Positions 43,301 through 57,300 of a DNA stretch of 64,000 nt are shown here, piece by piece; position 1 is the first letter of the stretch; each line of letters begins with the position of its first letter. The position numbers and the translations under genes are program-made. The stretch is from Balanoglossus misakiensis (taxonomy: Eukaryota > Animalia > Hemichordata): NCBI GenBank assembly GCA_040954595.2, contig CM082588.2:8044844-8108843 (forward strand), in the 5' to 3' direction. The notes beneath the pieces are model-generated. The model made no database searches. It was not told the origin of the DNA and saw only the letters and a list, made by a program, of their open reading frames with translations.

Positions 43301-44507
43301 CGGTAATCTTGATGTTCTTGATCATAATAGAGAGTAGGGGGGGGGGGGGGCAGTGATTGTTCTATCTGTGGCTGAGGGCATGGGTCCTTCCATCAGTTAT
43401 TGTCCTGAAAGTTGTTTCATAATCGGGCCAGCATGGGCAATTACTCTCTAAAGGAAGAGAAAAAATACCTGTTCCATTGATAGTCATTCTCACTGGTATC
43501 TGATCGTCGCCACTGATGGTCTTGTAGCCTTTCACCGTGAAGTAGAAATCCGTCCTGTACGTGGAGTTGGTTCGGTTGTTGTACACGCAGCCTTGCCAGT
43601 GATCGACGGGGATGCCACGGACGACGTCAGTGCCAATGTACGTATCGTTGTAGTGGTCGCCGAAACGGAGGATGTCTGCCACGCTGTTGATGTGACCTTG
43701 ACCATGCTCCTTGTGGAACCCGTACAGACTGATCGAAGTCTTCGTCAGATCATCGACTGTACAAGTGCCAGCTGATGAAAATGAACAGGAAAAGAAATTA
43801 AATATACAGAACATCTTTCTTGTAACAAAGGGAAACATAGAAAGACTGTGAAGCTGCCCCAGAAATAAAATGCATTCTAAATCCTCAACCTCATTCAAAA
43901 TATCGCAAAATGCACTGATGACGTCTATTACCCATGTGCTTAATTTCAAGTGTAAACACATTACTGTAAAACAGGTAATTTTCGCAGAAGATAAATTTGC
44001 AAACTTCGCGAAAGCCTAAAAACATGAAAATAAAAAGTTGCATAAATTTTTTTTCAGAGATAACGATGCAGTGAAATAGGAGAATGCAAAAATAATAGTA
44101 GCGTAACATTTGCCTTTTTGGACATGGCAAAGATTTCCTGTCGCAAAAATTTCCCGGTTACAGTATTTCTACATTTTCTTACCTTGTGTGTCCACTTCGA
44201 TTTTTTGACTGTGTTTGTAATCATACGACACATGCTTGACATGTCCACCTCTGGAAAAGACTGCAGCCCCTCGGTTATTCAACCCATCATAGTATTCCGT
44301 GACTTCCATGGAGAAATCTCTTCCCAGAAAGTTCCCTTCAACAACAGCAGTGTACTGATCCGGAAGGACTGGCAGTGTCATAGTGTCTGTTCCCGTGTCA
44401 TTCACAGGGATAAGTCCCGGAATACAGACATCTGGGTTCGGCTGACCAAGTACTGTTTCTTTGCTTAGCAGCAGAATCAGAGTAATCGAGGCAATAATGT
44501 ATTTCAT
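37393..44507 (-). CDS. Type I membrane glycoprotein with two ependymin/LolA-fold-like domains, 13 coding exons
   Basis: Exons 44507-44183, 43771-43469, 43058-42934, 42329-42207, 41704-41575, 41125-40965, 40534-40418, 40085-40005, ~39602-39461, ~39019-38908, ~38521-38348, ~37898-37793, ~37508-37393. Signal peptide, repeated P.LP.Q(Y/F)..VE / EYYD / (V/I)R.I...W motifs, TM GSMAGIAIAMLLIGAVVGLGIGFFIW, tail SYEVQE; non-coding exon donor ~45298. Confidence 0.8.
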
Positions 44508-45349
44508 TCTGCAAAAGAGACGTACATAAAAATGTTATTTCATCCTCATTTTTGTATAGAGGTCCTACACTGCCGTTGAGAATTGGACTGAACAATAATG
44601 TTGAAAGGGTTTTTCAAATTTTACCTAAAAATGCCAACACTAACCCCAACCGTTGAATACTAGTATACCCTAACGTGTCAACAAACAAACGTGGCCATAT
44701 TTGTTTGTTCATAATATGCCAATCAATAACAACCAGCAAACACACACAATAACAGCACGGAGAGAGCGCCCCCCTGTGATTTTACACGAAAAGAATGACA
44801 GACACGTGCATACTTTTTCAAGCAACAAACTCACACTCACATGATCATCCATTACATCATGATTAATCAATTGTATAAAACACTGATAAAATTGCAAAAC
44901 AATAAAAAACAAGAGTTAACTAAGGATGCAAAATTGGTAAAATTTAAAGTATTGCCATTTCTTTAATATTTGTGGATTTTTTGTATTCTCCTTTGTATGT
45001 ATATAATGAAAATCCGTAATAAAATGTAGGGGTCACATGCTATGCGTGGGGCCGCAGTACGCAAAGCAAAGTCGTTTGTGAGCTCAAATTCCAAGTCAGA
45101 TCAAGTCACACAGCGCAAAGCTGAAGCTACTGTGCTCGAGGTACACAGTCTGAGACAGAAGTCAAAATCGTGCCCCCCCCCCCCCCCTTCTCTCTTGTAT
45201 AATGCATGTACATGTACACCGGGGTCACCGCGCGGGCAACCCCATATTCCAGATCCTGTAAAGCCCTGCAGGGCATATCTTTATATGTACGTACGTACCT
45301 GAAAGTCATGTATGCCAGTTCCGAATAGTCCGGTCACTTGCGCTGTTAA

Positions 45350-46001
45350 CTTTCCCTTGTAACTTTACACGGGACAGGTACTGCGATGGCTTTTCGCGTA
45401 CCTCCGGCTGAAACTGCGCAACGCGAAACTCGCACACTTTTGCTGGGAGATCAGTCGCATCACATGATCACACATCAGTCATGTGAGTCACTATCGCTTT
45501 CACACTGCAGTGTTAGGGTCAAAGGTCACACAGGTTGGCCTGGACAGAAAATAATGCGTAGCACGTACATAACCCAATCACGGGGCTCGATCATGCATGC
45601 AACAGAACAGAAAACTAACTGGACAAGTCTTTAAATCTACTATGTAGCTTTGTTTTTTCTGTAGTCACGTTTAATTAGCGGTGATCATCGCCGTTTCACT
45701 TTCGCTTGTCAGCAAGGAAGGTCAACGCCCGCAGTGACCTTCATCTTCGCCGGTGTCAATGTCCTTTCAGCCAAATTTAACACCTATGTTCTTGAAGTTC
45801 ACATTTTCTCCAAATAAACAAAAATGGGTAATTGCTCTACGGACTAAACGCAGGGTTTTGTGGGAGCCCTGCACCAACAACAAAGTTAGCCTCGGCTACC
45901 CAGACCCCTCTGCTTCTTCCGGTGCGCTCCAGAAAAATGGTCTGGGGATATAGAACGTAAAGAGGTCAATCGGTTATTATCTCTTTGCATTGAACGAGAA
46001 C
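45350..46001. promoter_or_regulatory. Putative bidirectional promoter
   Basis: ~650-bp CpG-richer gap between the 5' end of the minus-strand gene and the ATG (46002) of the plus-strand gene. Confidence 0.45.
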
Positions 46002-48203
46002 ATGGCTTGGACGAAGAACCGAACGTACAAGACAGTTTTATTCGCGTCGGTCAAATTGTGTGTGGCAACAATTATGACGGGGTTGTCGTTCGGGCTTGAC
46101 AGCCTCAATGACAACACACCCCCGTCTGAGAGATTGTATTGGGTCGGTCTTCCGGTAAGTGACTCGAGTTGTAAACATGTATTTCGTCCAGGATGACATC
46201 AACAAGGGGCATATATGTCCCCCTTTGCAAGAATGTTTTAGGAGATTCCACTTTGACAAGGGGGGATGTAATATCTCCAACATGTTGCAAGTGACATCAC
46301 TGTAAGGGGCACTGGTTCCCCCCCCCCCTTTTGACAACACCGGCAACAGGGGTGAATCTCCTACCCCTCCCCCCCCGCCTAGATGAAACGCTGAGACCCC
46401 CTCCCCCCCCCCCCGCATCTGGTGCTGATGCCATGCCCCCAGCAGTTAATGATGACAGCTTCCTAAGCTTCCTTGGTTTTTTTTTGGTTTTTTTACAAGC
46501 TACAAAGTAGAAACCAAAAGTCCGAAAGAAGCGAAAGTAATTTCAACATCGCTGTATATATTCCCTAAAGTTACTATAATTGTAATTATTTTTTGGTTTC
46601 AGATAGCAGTAGCGGGTGTTATTGGTATAACTGCAGCTGTGACAAACTCTCGTATTGTAGTAAGTATTATACCAGGTTCACACATATGGGGGTCACACAC
46701 ACACGCACACACACGTACACACACACACTATACATGTAGCTAAGACTTGAAAGTTCACAGGAATATCATTTCTGAAAAATATGTCTACGAGGCGTGTAAC
46801 TACCTGAGTGTAGCAGAGAATGTCTAAATATTCTGGGATCAGCATGTTTTGAGCTGAATAATCGTGGCATTCACCATAACAGATTTTATTCATACAAACA
46901 TATATGAAGTTAATTTACAATATTTATTTTTCAGATGATATGTTATTTGTTTGCCTGTGTAATTGGTTGTGTTGTCAGTGTCATTGGTCTTGTCTTTGTT
47001 GGTTTGGCTGCCTCAACTGTTATTAGTGTAGACAAGAATTGTGAATACAGACATAGTGAATGCTATTGTTTGTAAGTTCATTGATTTCATTGTTTTATCT
47101 GGTGTATTGTAAGGTCTGCATGTTGGGTGAAGATAGCACCATTTCCCCGACTAACAGTGTGCAATAACATCACCCAAAGCATTGATACAACCCCTAACAT
47201 TGATGCTATTATTTACCGGTACATTAATTCCGTAAACCTCCTTAAATTAATTCTGTGAAGTAAACCTCCTAATTGTTGGGTTTTGGGTGTCAAAAGTGGT
47301 ATAACTCTAATAATCTGACTGCATCAGAGGCAATGGTACTCTCTCAACATCTATAGCCAAACTTTGCATTGTTTCTTAAATTGAATATCAAAACCACTAG
47401 TGTTCTCCCCAGAGCAATTACAGAGGCACTCTATATTTTTTGAAAAACAACAGAAAGTCATTAACATAACACTTATCCATATTTTATGTAAATTAACCGC
47501 TACTCTGCCAGAAATTCCTGGGGAGAACACTCAACACTCAATTTTTGACACTTTTGAACTTTTGTCATGGGGAGTGGTTCAAGTGTTTGGTGAACTTTAT
47601 GTGACAATATAACAGTCGCTATCTGTTTTCGTACACAGGATTGGTGAAGAATGGATAGCCGAAATGACAGGTACCTGTCATGCATTGACATCAGTCCGAT
47701 ACATCCTGTGTTCATTGATCGCACTTTGCATAATCACTGCTGGGCTGTCATTGGTTGGATCTGTGGTGGCGTGTCGCGCGGTCTGCGTTACATCTTCTGT
47801 AAGTCAAAGGTGTCATTTTCATCATTTTCCTCTCATTTAATACTGTCATTTGCTTACTTAGGCCAGATAAAATAATTTGTGCTGTTCCGATGGTACAAAG
47901 TTTTCAAAAATAGGGTAGGTAGGTAGGAAAAAAAAAATTATTTTGCATTTTTTTTTTCACTGGCCCCTGTAGTGTAGAAGAATGATGTCATAGTTCTCAC
48001 AGTCAGCCTAGACGACTTTACTGAACTTTCTTGTCTTGTTTTGTTTTGCTTTGATGTAGACACCAACGACAAGTACGGCAGTTCATGCAGATGTCAGAAG
48101 ACACTCACCGCAAGATGAAGAAATGCAAGTGACCATGGTACAGACAGACGCTTCCCAGCCATACGATCGCACAGCAAGTGATCAGGACTTATTGATTTCA
48201 TAG
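46002..48203 (+). CDS. Four-transmembrane MS4A/CD20-like protein, 5 exons, 216 aa
   Basis: Exons 46002-46154, 46603-46659, 46935-47071, 47639-47798, 48060-48203, all GTAAGT donors, in frame. Four hydrophobic helices, YWVGLP.AVAGVIGI motif, Cys-rich loop CEYRHSECYC...C. Mostly missed by the ORF track. Confidence 0.82.
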
Positions 48204-49016
48204 TGTACTTGTATTTGCTGGTCCTTGTATATATATATATATATATGTACGTATGTATGCAGTTGTCCTAAAACATGCATGGTGATCCTCAAGACCAGAA
48301 CATGGAAAAGTGGTACCTGAACCCTTTTTAACCCTTTCACCACCATGGTTCAGTCCAAACCCATTGTTTTCTGTAGTAAGTTAGACCTCTAAAGAGGGAA
48401 CTAGGGGTGACATGGTTAAGGTATAGCGGTCTACTCAAATTTAGAATATTGTCATTTTCCTGATTTATATATATATTTATAATATACCTCATGCTACTAC
48501 TGTGCCGTGATTCGCCAGAAGCCGTCACATGATAGGAAAATAGAATCGACTATGCTGCTATGGCCCTCATGGCCAGGCAATAGGTGTTCAATATATACAC
48601 ACATGTATTGTATATCAATGCGTTTTAAATATAAAACATGTTTTTCTCTGGCTGCCTTTTCAGTAAGGTCTCAAATGGTGTCATTGTTTTTTTCTTTGAA
48701 TAATTTAATAATAATCCTCTTTTGGCAGCTTTTGTGTAAATTTCAAGAAAATGAGACTATTGTAACATTGTTTTCTCAACATTCTACATAAGGATATGGA
48801 ATATGCAAACCATGTACTGCAGCTGATTGTCTACTACCTCTAAGCAACTGAGTCTTGACTACATTTTTGTGTAGTCTTTATGTATTGAAACATATTTACT
48901 AACTTTTCTAAACTACTGTGCAATATGTTAAATGAGGCTGTGTATTATTATGAAACTGAATTCGATTGCAAAATTTGTTTTGCAAGATGTTTTACCAGAA
49001 AATCATATAGTATTAA

Positions 49017-49202
49017 AGGTATACGGTCACCTGTGGAAAATAAGTTATAGTTACGATGGCGAATTGAAATCTAGCCAATCACAGATTTTCAGTGGGTGGC
49101 ACAGTCAGAAAAAAATAGCGCCACTATATGTTCTTTAGAACGCTCAAGAAAGCCATTTCAGCCATATATGGGTGTATGTAAATTGGAGGTGACTGTATAC
49201 CT
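49017..49202. mobile_element. TTAA-flanked Kolobok-like MITE; inverted copy ~36468-36652
   Basis: TTAA-AGGTATACGGTCACCT...AGGTGACTGTATACCT-TTAA. Confidence 0.8.
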
Positions 49203-51324
49203 TTAAGCCAAGACTGTCTTTGTATGCAAAAGAAAAAAATTACTTCCAGAGCCAAGGTACATGCATGTATACCTTAATAAGCTTAGTTTAATTTTGTTTT
49301 GAATCTTTATTTGGGCATTTTGTTACTGAAATAGTAGATACATGTATATTGATTTCTGATATTTAAACTAAATATATTTGTAAATATCATGGATGTCTGT
49401 TCTTGCCATATGGTGGTGTCTTACTGAATAAATTTAACCATATTTCTACATTTTCAGTGCTAAGTCTACTGTAGTTCTGATTTTTGCATACATTACTTTC
49501 ATGATATATATATATATATTGTTAGCAAGGAATGCAGGCAGGGTTGGTAGTGTGTGCCAGGGTTTTAATATTACTGTTACATGGTTCATGTGGTTGTCTA
49601 TGGGATGCAGCAAATGAACATTTCTTAATACCGGAAAACGCATAGTAACCGAAAACGATAGTGACATCACATGGGCAAATGAGGGCGCTTCACCGATGAT
49701 CGGGCACTTTCATGATATGGTTGTCTATGGGAGGCAACAGAACAGCAAGTGTCATATACAAATACATATGACTCAGCAAGTGATGTTCCCGGTTGGTGAT
49801 GCCTGTATATTTGGCAGTCTAGGTAGAAGTACCGGTGGTGGGAACATCGACATATATTGACAAAAAAATATCATCTTGTGGGCTCCACGTAAATGCACTT
49901 CAGTCTTCCCATACATCTCCCCCCCCCCCCCTCGATACATGCACATATTTTGAAGTATGGACTATAGTGCATACTATAGGCATATGGTGACTTGGAGCCC
50001 ACATGTAACTGTGGTCTGGTTTTTTACGGATCTTGTGTGGCCTTGACTCTTGATTTTGATAGTTTCCTTTTTTCGACCCCCCCCCCCCCCCACCAAGTCT
50101 ATGATCGGAATCTCACATTTAGTATTGTGTGCGCAAGAGAGCGCGGGTATATATCTTGTATGTGCAACAAAAATAATTTGCTGAAAACAATCTTTGCGTA
50201 ACCGATTGACCCGGATATAATGAACCTCGCACAGGGTCAGATATTTCGGGATACAAAGAAAATGTGCAAAAAATTGGTAGAAAAGATATCGTTATGCAGA
50301 AATTCAATCGTTCGGCAGGTTTGAAACAGCAAGACATGCATTTTCAGTGATATAAGGACACATTCTATGGAGAGCAGTGATGAACCCTGAAACTGGTTCA
50401 ACTGTAGAAATTCTGTGGTAACTGGGGGTGGGGGCTGGTATGTAACGACTTCGCTCGTCTGGACCAATGTACTGGTTACGTAACAACTATCTTATCTCAA
50501 TTAATTATTACCGACGAAATCATCTCAAATGTGACCCTCTAAGTAACCATCAAACTGCACTTGAGTACGAACTCCTACTACAAACAATTTGAACTATTTG
50601 ATATTATCCAGCAATATTATTCAACTGCCAGTGAGTATATGAATAACGTCCTCCTGTCTTTCTACCCCTGTGATGTATTAACATCGAATCAAATAAATAT
50701 ATAAAACGAATAAAACAAAAATATAAACATTCGAGCGTTTATATCAATGACATTATTGTCATGAGTGTGTGTAATATCAGAACACGAAACTGTCTTAATT
50801 TGGATAATATTTCAACAAATTTTACTTTGTTTAATAAATATATTTAATGTTCTGAAGTACACTTTGTGACTGGTTGTCGAATTTATATTCACACCCCGTA
50901 TGGGCATTGTAGTCTTTAATTTTACTTGTATACAGTTTTTGGTATTGATCAAAAATTCAATGATAGACGTGTTCGTCAGTCTACATTGAAACAACCATGC
51001 ATGCAGTCATTGGACGTACTTGAATGGAAAACCATAATTATAGCCTATATAGTTTTGATAAGAAATTAAATTAATAAATAATGCCAATAGTGAGCGACTT
51101 TGCATTGAACTTGAAGGATTTTGGGTCAACACAATAAAATAATTACCAATGTAGTGAAAATATTAAAATTGTGACTACCCCGTCTCACACACAATTTAGA
51201 ATACATTTATCAAAATAATAGGTGGTCCAGTGACGTCATTCGATGGCTATCTTGAGTGTCTGATAAAACCACGCGTCTTTTCTTGACTTTAGATCAGTTG
51301 AGTTGCGGTACGGAGACGGCCAAG

Positions 51325-54300
51325 ATGGCGACTTTAACACCGCATCTGGTTCTCATATTGACTGCAGTGGTTGTCTGTTCTGGGCAGTTGAGCACGGATG
51401 AGGACGAAGCCATTCTTTACTTAGCAGAACACAACGCCACGGCCGAGCAGGCGTACTACGATGCCACGGTAGCCTCTTGGAACTTCAATACAAATATAAC
51501 GGACTACAACAACAAGATTATGGTAAAGTTTGGTTCCTCTGTTTTTATTCGTTTAGTGTTTTGTTATTCAGGACGAGCGGTCAAAATGCAATCACTTATA
51601 CGCATGTCAAAGAACACGAAAGAATTTGAAACGGAGCTCGATCGAGTGTTCTCGATAGTCTTGTTGTGTGGCAGAGCATTGTTATCTTAGTGTTAATCTG
51701 TAAGTTTGTCTTCATACGTTCAACTAAGCAAACAGCACCCAGTCTTAAGAATCTGTTATTAGGCCTATATGACGTTCACACATGCCACGTGCATTTGAAA
51801 CGCTTCTGAAAACGTCCCAGGTCAAACACTGGCATAAATTATTATGTGTAAACGGTTTAAAGGGGAAATCCGGTCCAGCTTATTTCTACATAATTTGGTA
51901 GCTTTGAGGTCACTCTTTCAGACAAAAACATTTTCGCCATGTATAAGTCGAGCGATCTTTTTTACAAAAACGAGGGAAAGTTGGCAGAATTTCCAATATG
52001 GCGTTTACTGTAATTTGAATCATGGGGGAAAAGAGCGCCAGGACTAACTTCCGCCTACCATTTGTGTGGGTGAACGTTTCTAACTTTACGCAGTGTGAAC
52101 CTGATGTTAGTACGTGTTGAAAGTTTAAACTTTAAAAACGTAACACGTACCTGCGTAGGCGCCCTAAATAGGAGACAATTATTAAAGCAAAACCAGGCAA
52201 TCACTAGGGTACAGATTATTGTCACCAATGCAAAAATTGTTCAAGCTTTCTAAAATTTGTTGAAAATGAGTTAAACATTTCGACGAATTGATTGCCACGG
52301 AAATTTCCCTGGCTAGGCTAACTGATATCGAGTATCTCGGAACAGAGGGCATCCATTCGATTTGACCTTTAACCGACAGAGAAATCAACGTACGGTGGCA
52401 GCTTCTGTTAAAATGTCTGCCTTTTTGTTAAGATTATAATACAATCTGAAAGATGATGTGGTTTTGTTGTTAAGTTACATCAAACTAATCGCCTTTTGGC
52501 AATTGAATGAGTAATCAGTAATGCGCCATATGTCAGCTGGATGGATGGGTGGATTAACCACGCCTTCGTGAAACAAACAGGTGAATTCTTGGTCGTGTAA
52601 GGTTGTGTAACAGACTGTGCAGGTATCACGTGATTCTACACACGATATATATAGTTCTGTTAGGGCTGGTCACGCTTCTTGGGCGTGGTAAGGAGAAGCT
52701 GTCGCCACACCACACGACAAAATCTGTCAACAAACCCCGCCAAAAGAAAACACTCTAGACAGCTGTTCTTCCTGAATTTTCAGTGCGCCATTTTCATTCT
52801 GACGATAACATAAATTTTGCATTCTCTGCAAAAATAAAAGTCGGACGCACTTTTGTCCAATAGATTCAAATTCTATCCAATACAGAAAACAATTTGCTGG
52901 TGACAGTTATCGTCCAAGGTACATTGTATAATAATTGATCTGCATTCTGAGATACGGCGATACTGTGTTGTCTGAAGTATAGAAAAACAATATCATGTCG
53001 TTCTTAACAAACAAACATGTCCCGAAATTTATGAAGCTACATGTACATAAATCATTTCTTACAGTTATATGTTTGCAGTGCTTTTTCTTATTTCTCTACA
53101 AATTATAATATTCTTAAGTATTCATGTTTAAGAAATCGCATACAACAAGCCTGGATTCAGTAAGTTATTTTGCATAATTATCTGAGTTCTTATTTGCATA
53201 TGTTGGTTTCTCTTTTTTTTGTCCAGATAAACGAAAGTATAAAGGCATCCAATTTCGCTCTGCTTGCACGAGATGAGGTTGAAAAATTTAACTGGACAAA
53301 TTTCAGCGATGACACCAGAAGACAACTGGAAAAAATCTACTACATTGGATCGTCAGCTCTGGAAGGGGATGACCTTCTCAAGGTCGGTCTGCCTTACTTA
53401 CAAATACCTCTTGATATATTTTCCTCAACATTTTCTGTCGATATTTGCAAAACATCTCTTGAAATCAATCGTTTATGCTCAGATTGAGCAGATTAATGTA
53501 TTCTCAAATCCATATTCCCCGCTTGGATATCACCGATCAGTACGTGTCTCAACACATAAATACTGTCAAGATACATGCTTTGGTCCGTCCCCAAAATTAG
53601 TATATTGTAGACGTATTCTTACGTGACAGAAATGTGTAGAGTACTGGTCGACCTGTGAAAGCATATTTCAGTTAGCTGAATAACATAAATAACCCGAGAA
53701 ATGAAAACCAAAAATACTGTCAAAAGTAAGAAACTTTGTTCCTTTAATGGTGTTGCCGACACTTTAAAAATACCAGAAGAAATATTGTCTTTATTTTGTT
53801 TCAATTTTACTTATTCACTTGGATTAGTACAATCAAGTCCTGTCTGAAATGGAAACCATCTACTCCACTGCTACAGTGTGTGAAGAGGATGATCCGACCA
53901 CTTGTTATTCTCTGGATCCTGGTACGTCTGAATTTTAAAATAAATGTAATTTGCATATGCATATGCAATTATTATAATGTATATAAAAGTTCTAGTAGCT
54001 GCCAACCTCTTAAGTAAATAAACTGCAGTCTTTCGTAACACATATCATGACCAACACCTCCACCTACCCCTCCGGACGGGGTTATCAGCAACATGAAGGA
54101 CTCCCGGCCCGGGCTCCTGTCGCTTATGCAGCTGAACTAGCTTATAATTTTTACTTCGTCACAATTACTATCTTTACACATAACCTTGTAGTGTTATGTA
54201 ACCAGTGCTGGTATCTTATCAAAACAAATATGTTTGTATTTTTAGTTAGTTTAGCAGGGACAAATGAAGCCCGAAATGGGTGTGTGACTTTTGATGTAGG

Positions 54301-57300
54301 GAGGGAGGGGGGGGGTTGTCTGCAGGTGGAAGGAGAAAACATTTGATCCCGTAACGACTTGAGAAAAAAATATTCAACAGCCAGAAATAAAACAATATGA
54401 CATGAGCAAATATAAGTGAGGTTAAAATTCATTACATACAATATCCATAATTATAATACGCTACAAATATTTTCTTCCACTTCGTGGGGCTAAAACTCTT
54501 AAAACACCATTGTCTATAGTATAGTATAGTATAGTATAGTATAGTATAGTATAGTATAGTATAGTATAGTATAGTATAGTATAGTATAGTATAGTATAGT
54601 ATTGTATTGTATTGTATTGCATTGTATTGCATTGTTTTGTATTGTTTTGTATTTGTAGTGAAATTGTATTATTATTTGTTTGGATTAGGTCTAAGCGAAG
54701 TAATGGCCACAAGTCGTGACTATAATAGATTGGTTTGGGCTTGGGAAGGATGGAGAGACGCCACTGGACCACACATGAAAAATTTGTACGAAGAGTTCGT
54801 TGAACTGGCCAACAAAGCTGCCTTGGAAAACGGTAAGTCGTTATCTCGAGTAATCTGTTTAATACTCTACTTGGACGTGTTTGATTTTGGAGGGGGGGGG
54901 GGCGTGTATTTTATGCGGTAGGGCAGGACTCTTACAAAAACAGCTATTTTACTTCCCAATGTATTTTCTTGCCTATCTGCATTCCATTTTTTTCTTCAGT
55001 TGAACCCTACGTATATCGAATTCCAGATTTTTATTTCGTTTCAATACCGTCATATATTTAACTGAAAAGATATCTTTTTAATGCAAATTCACATAGCTGT
55101 CTGTAGCTGATATATTTCTGATATCTGATTTGATTCGTTAGACCAGACGGATATGGGTGCCTATTGGAGGTCCTGGTACGAGGTTGAAGACTTGGAGTCC
55201 GATGTTCGAGCTTTGTGGGAAGACCTTCGACCGCTCTATGAGCAACTGCACGCTTTTGTTAGAGGGCGCCTTTCTAGGCATTATGGCGAACATTACATCA
55301 GCCAGAAAGGAGGCATACCCGCGCATCTGCTCGGTGAGTGGCGTGGACTGTTTAGTCACGTGATGAACGTGTCACGTGATGAACGTCTCGCACTGTTCAG
55401 CTGAAAAGCGACATTTGCAAATTCATGTATTCCACACTGTGTAGCCCGATTCTTCGAATATTGCGAAGAAATCTCACGCAAGTATCACACGTCATCAAAG
55501 ATCTTTGTGTAGGACGTAGTGGACATGGAGAGAAAAATAAACGGAATGTTACTACGCACGAGACATCTATATTTTCAGTTTGTTTACAAATTTGAAATGT
55601 TTTTGTCGTTTTAACAAATAGAAATTCTGCGGAACAATTCTGTCGTTTTGCAACTTAAAGGAAGTATGATAAACCTGAATTATATGAATATTGATTACAG
55701 AAACTTGTCGACGAACTCAGACCAAAATGAACAAATCAATGAATGAATGAATCAATGAACGAATGAACGAACGAACGAACGAACGAATGAATGAATGAAT
55801 TAATGAACGAACGAACGAATGAATGAATGAATGAACGAACGAACGAACGAACGAACGAAAAGATAGACAGATGAATGAATAGACGAATTGATGAACGTAT
55901 AGACGAATGAATAGAAGAATGATATATTGCCTTTCGCTTATCCAGGAAACATGTGGGCGCAACAGTGGAATAATATCCTTGATTTAGTCACACCATACCC
56001 TGACAAGCCTACAATTGACGTCACCGATGAAATGCAGAAACAGGTTAGTGACGGCATGTAGAACCACGTGACATTTGGTGCTATCTATATATACATGTAC
56101 AGCTCTTTCGAGTGATAAGTCAGGTATCGGCAGTTTAAACCAAAACTATGTAACGCCCTCATAATCCCAGCACCTGTAAACTTGAATTCATCTCAAACAG
56201 TAACAATGCTGACTGCCAGAAAATGGCTGTGTTGACAAGAAACCAAACAGCGAGCAATTCTTTATGTTTTACAGAGTAGACAAGAAACCACATTTGATAC
56301 CCAGAACAAAACATATAACACTATGAAAATAACCAAAATTGGAGCGACTGTGACTTTGATAATTTGACATGATCTGAAATAATTCACATTTTATCAGGGT
56401 TATGACGTGGACAAGATGTTCGAAATTTCGGAAGAGTTTTTCGTGTCACTGGGACTGAAACCAACCCCCGACGAATTCTGGGAATATTCCATGTTGACGA
56501 AACCCGAAGATGGCCGAGACGTGGTCTGCCATGCATCTGCATGGGACTTCAGTAACAGAAAAGATTTCAGGTAAAGCATAGGCCTAATCACTTATGCTAC
56601 AAAGTAGTCCATAGGCCTAATCACTTATACTACAAAGTAGTACAGTTGGCAAATGTCATTATAATTATATCCAAGGACAGCACTAAAAATCCAGATCGTC
56701 TGCACACAGCGCCCATCAAACATAAAAAGTGACAAGATAGGAATCGCCCATGGTCATCTCGTGATAAAAAAATATTAAAAATTATAGGCGGCGTGTCTTA
56801 CAACAATCTTAATACATCTAACCACGCGTTCCTTTTGGACTCTACACACAGAATTAAGATGTGCACGAATATTAATATGGAAGACCTTCTTACGATACAC
56901 CACGAAATGGGACATATCCAGTATTTCTTGCAATACAAAGATCAGCCGGTTATCTACCGTGGGGGCGCTAATCCAGGCTTTCACGAGGCTGTAGGTGATG
57001 TCCTGGCGCTTTCTGTATCTACACCCGAACATCTCCACGAAATTGGACTCCTTGAAGAAGTTGTCGATGATTTCGGTAAAATTTTCTCCGTCATTATATA
57101 TACGTACGAAAATACTTTTCACGGTTCCTGCATGGTAGATGTTTTGTTGTCGGATATTTTGCAAATCTCGCATACTATATTTTTCGCAAACCAAAAGTGC
57201 GGTGTTTAAAAAATTCGCACCTGAAATATGGTTATAACACTTTGTTTATAACGGGTAATATGAATTACAATGAACAAATAACTCTCTCTGTTTTGATTTT

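Noticed and set aside
54432-54772. ORFs with YYTIL repeats
   Set aside because: Translation of the (TATAG)n microsatellite, antisense to ACE.
55717-55962. ORF with SFVRSFIH repeats
   Set aside because: Microsatellite artefact.
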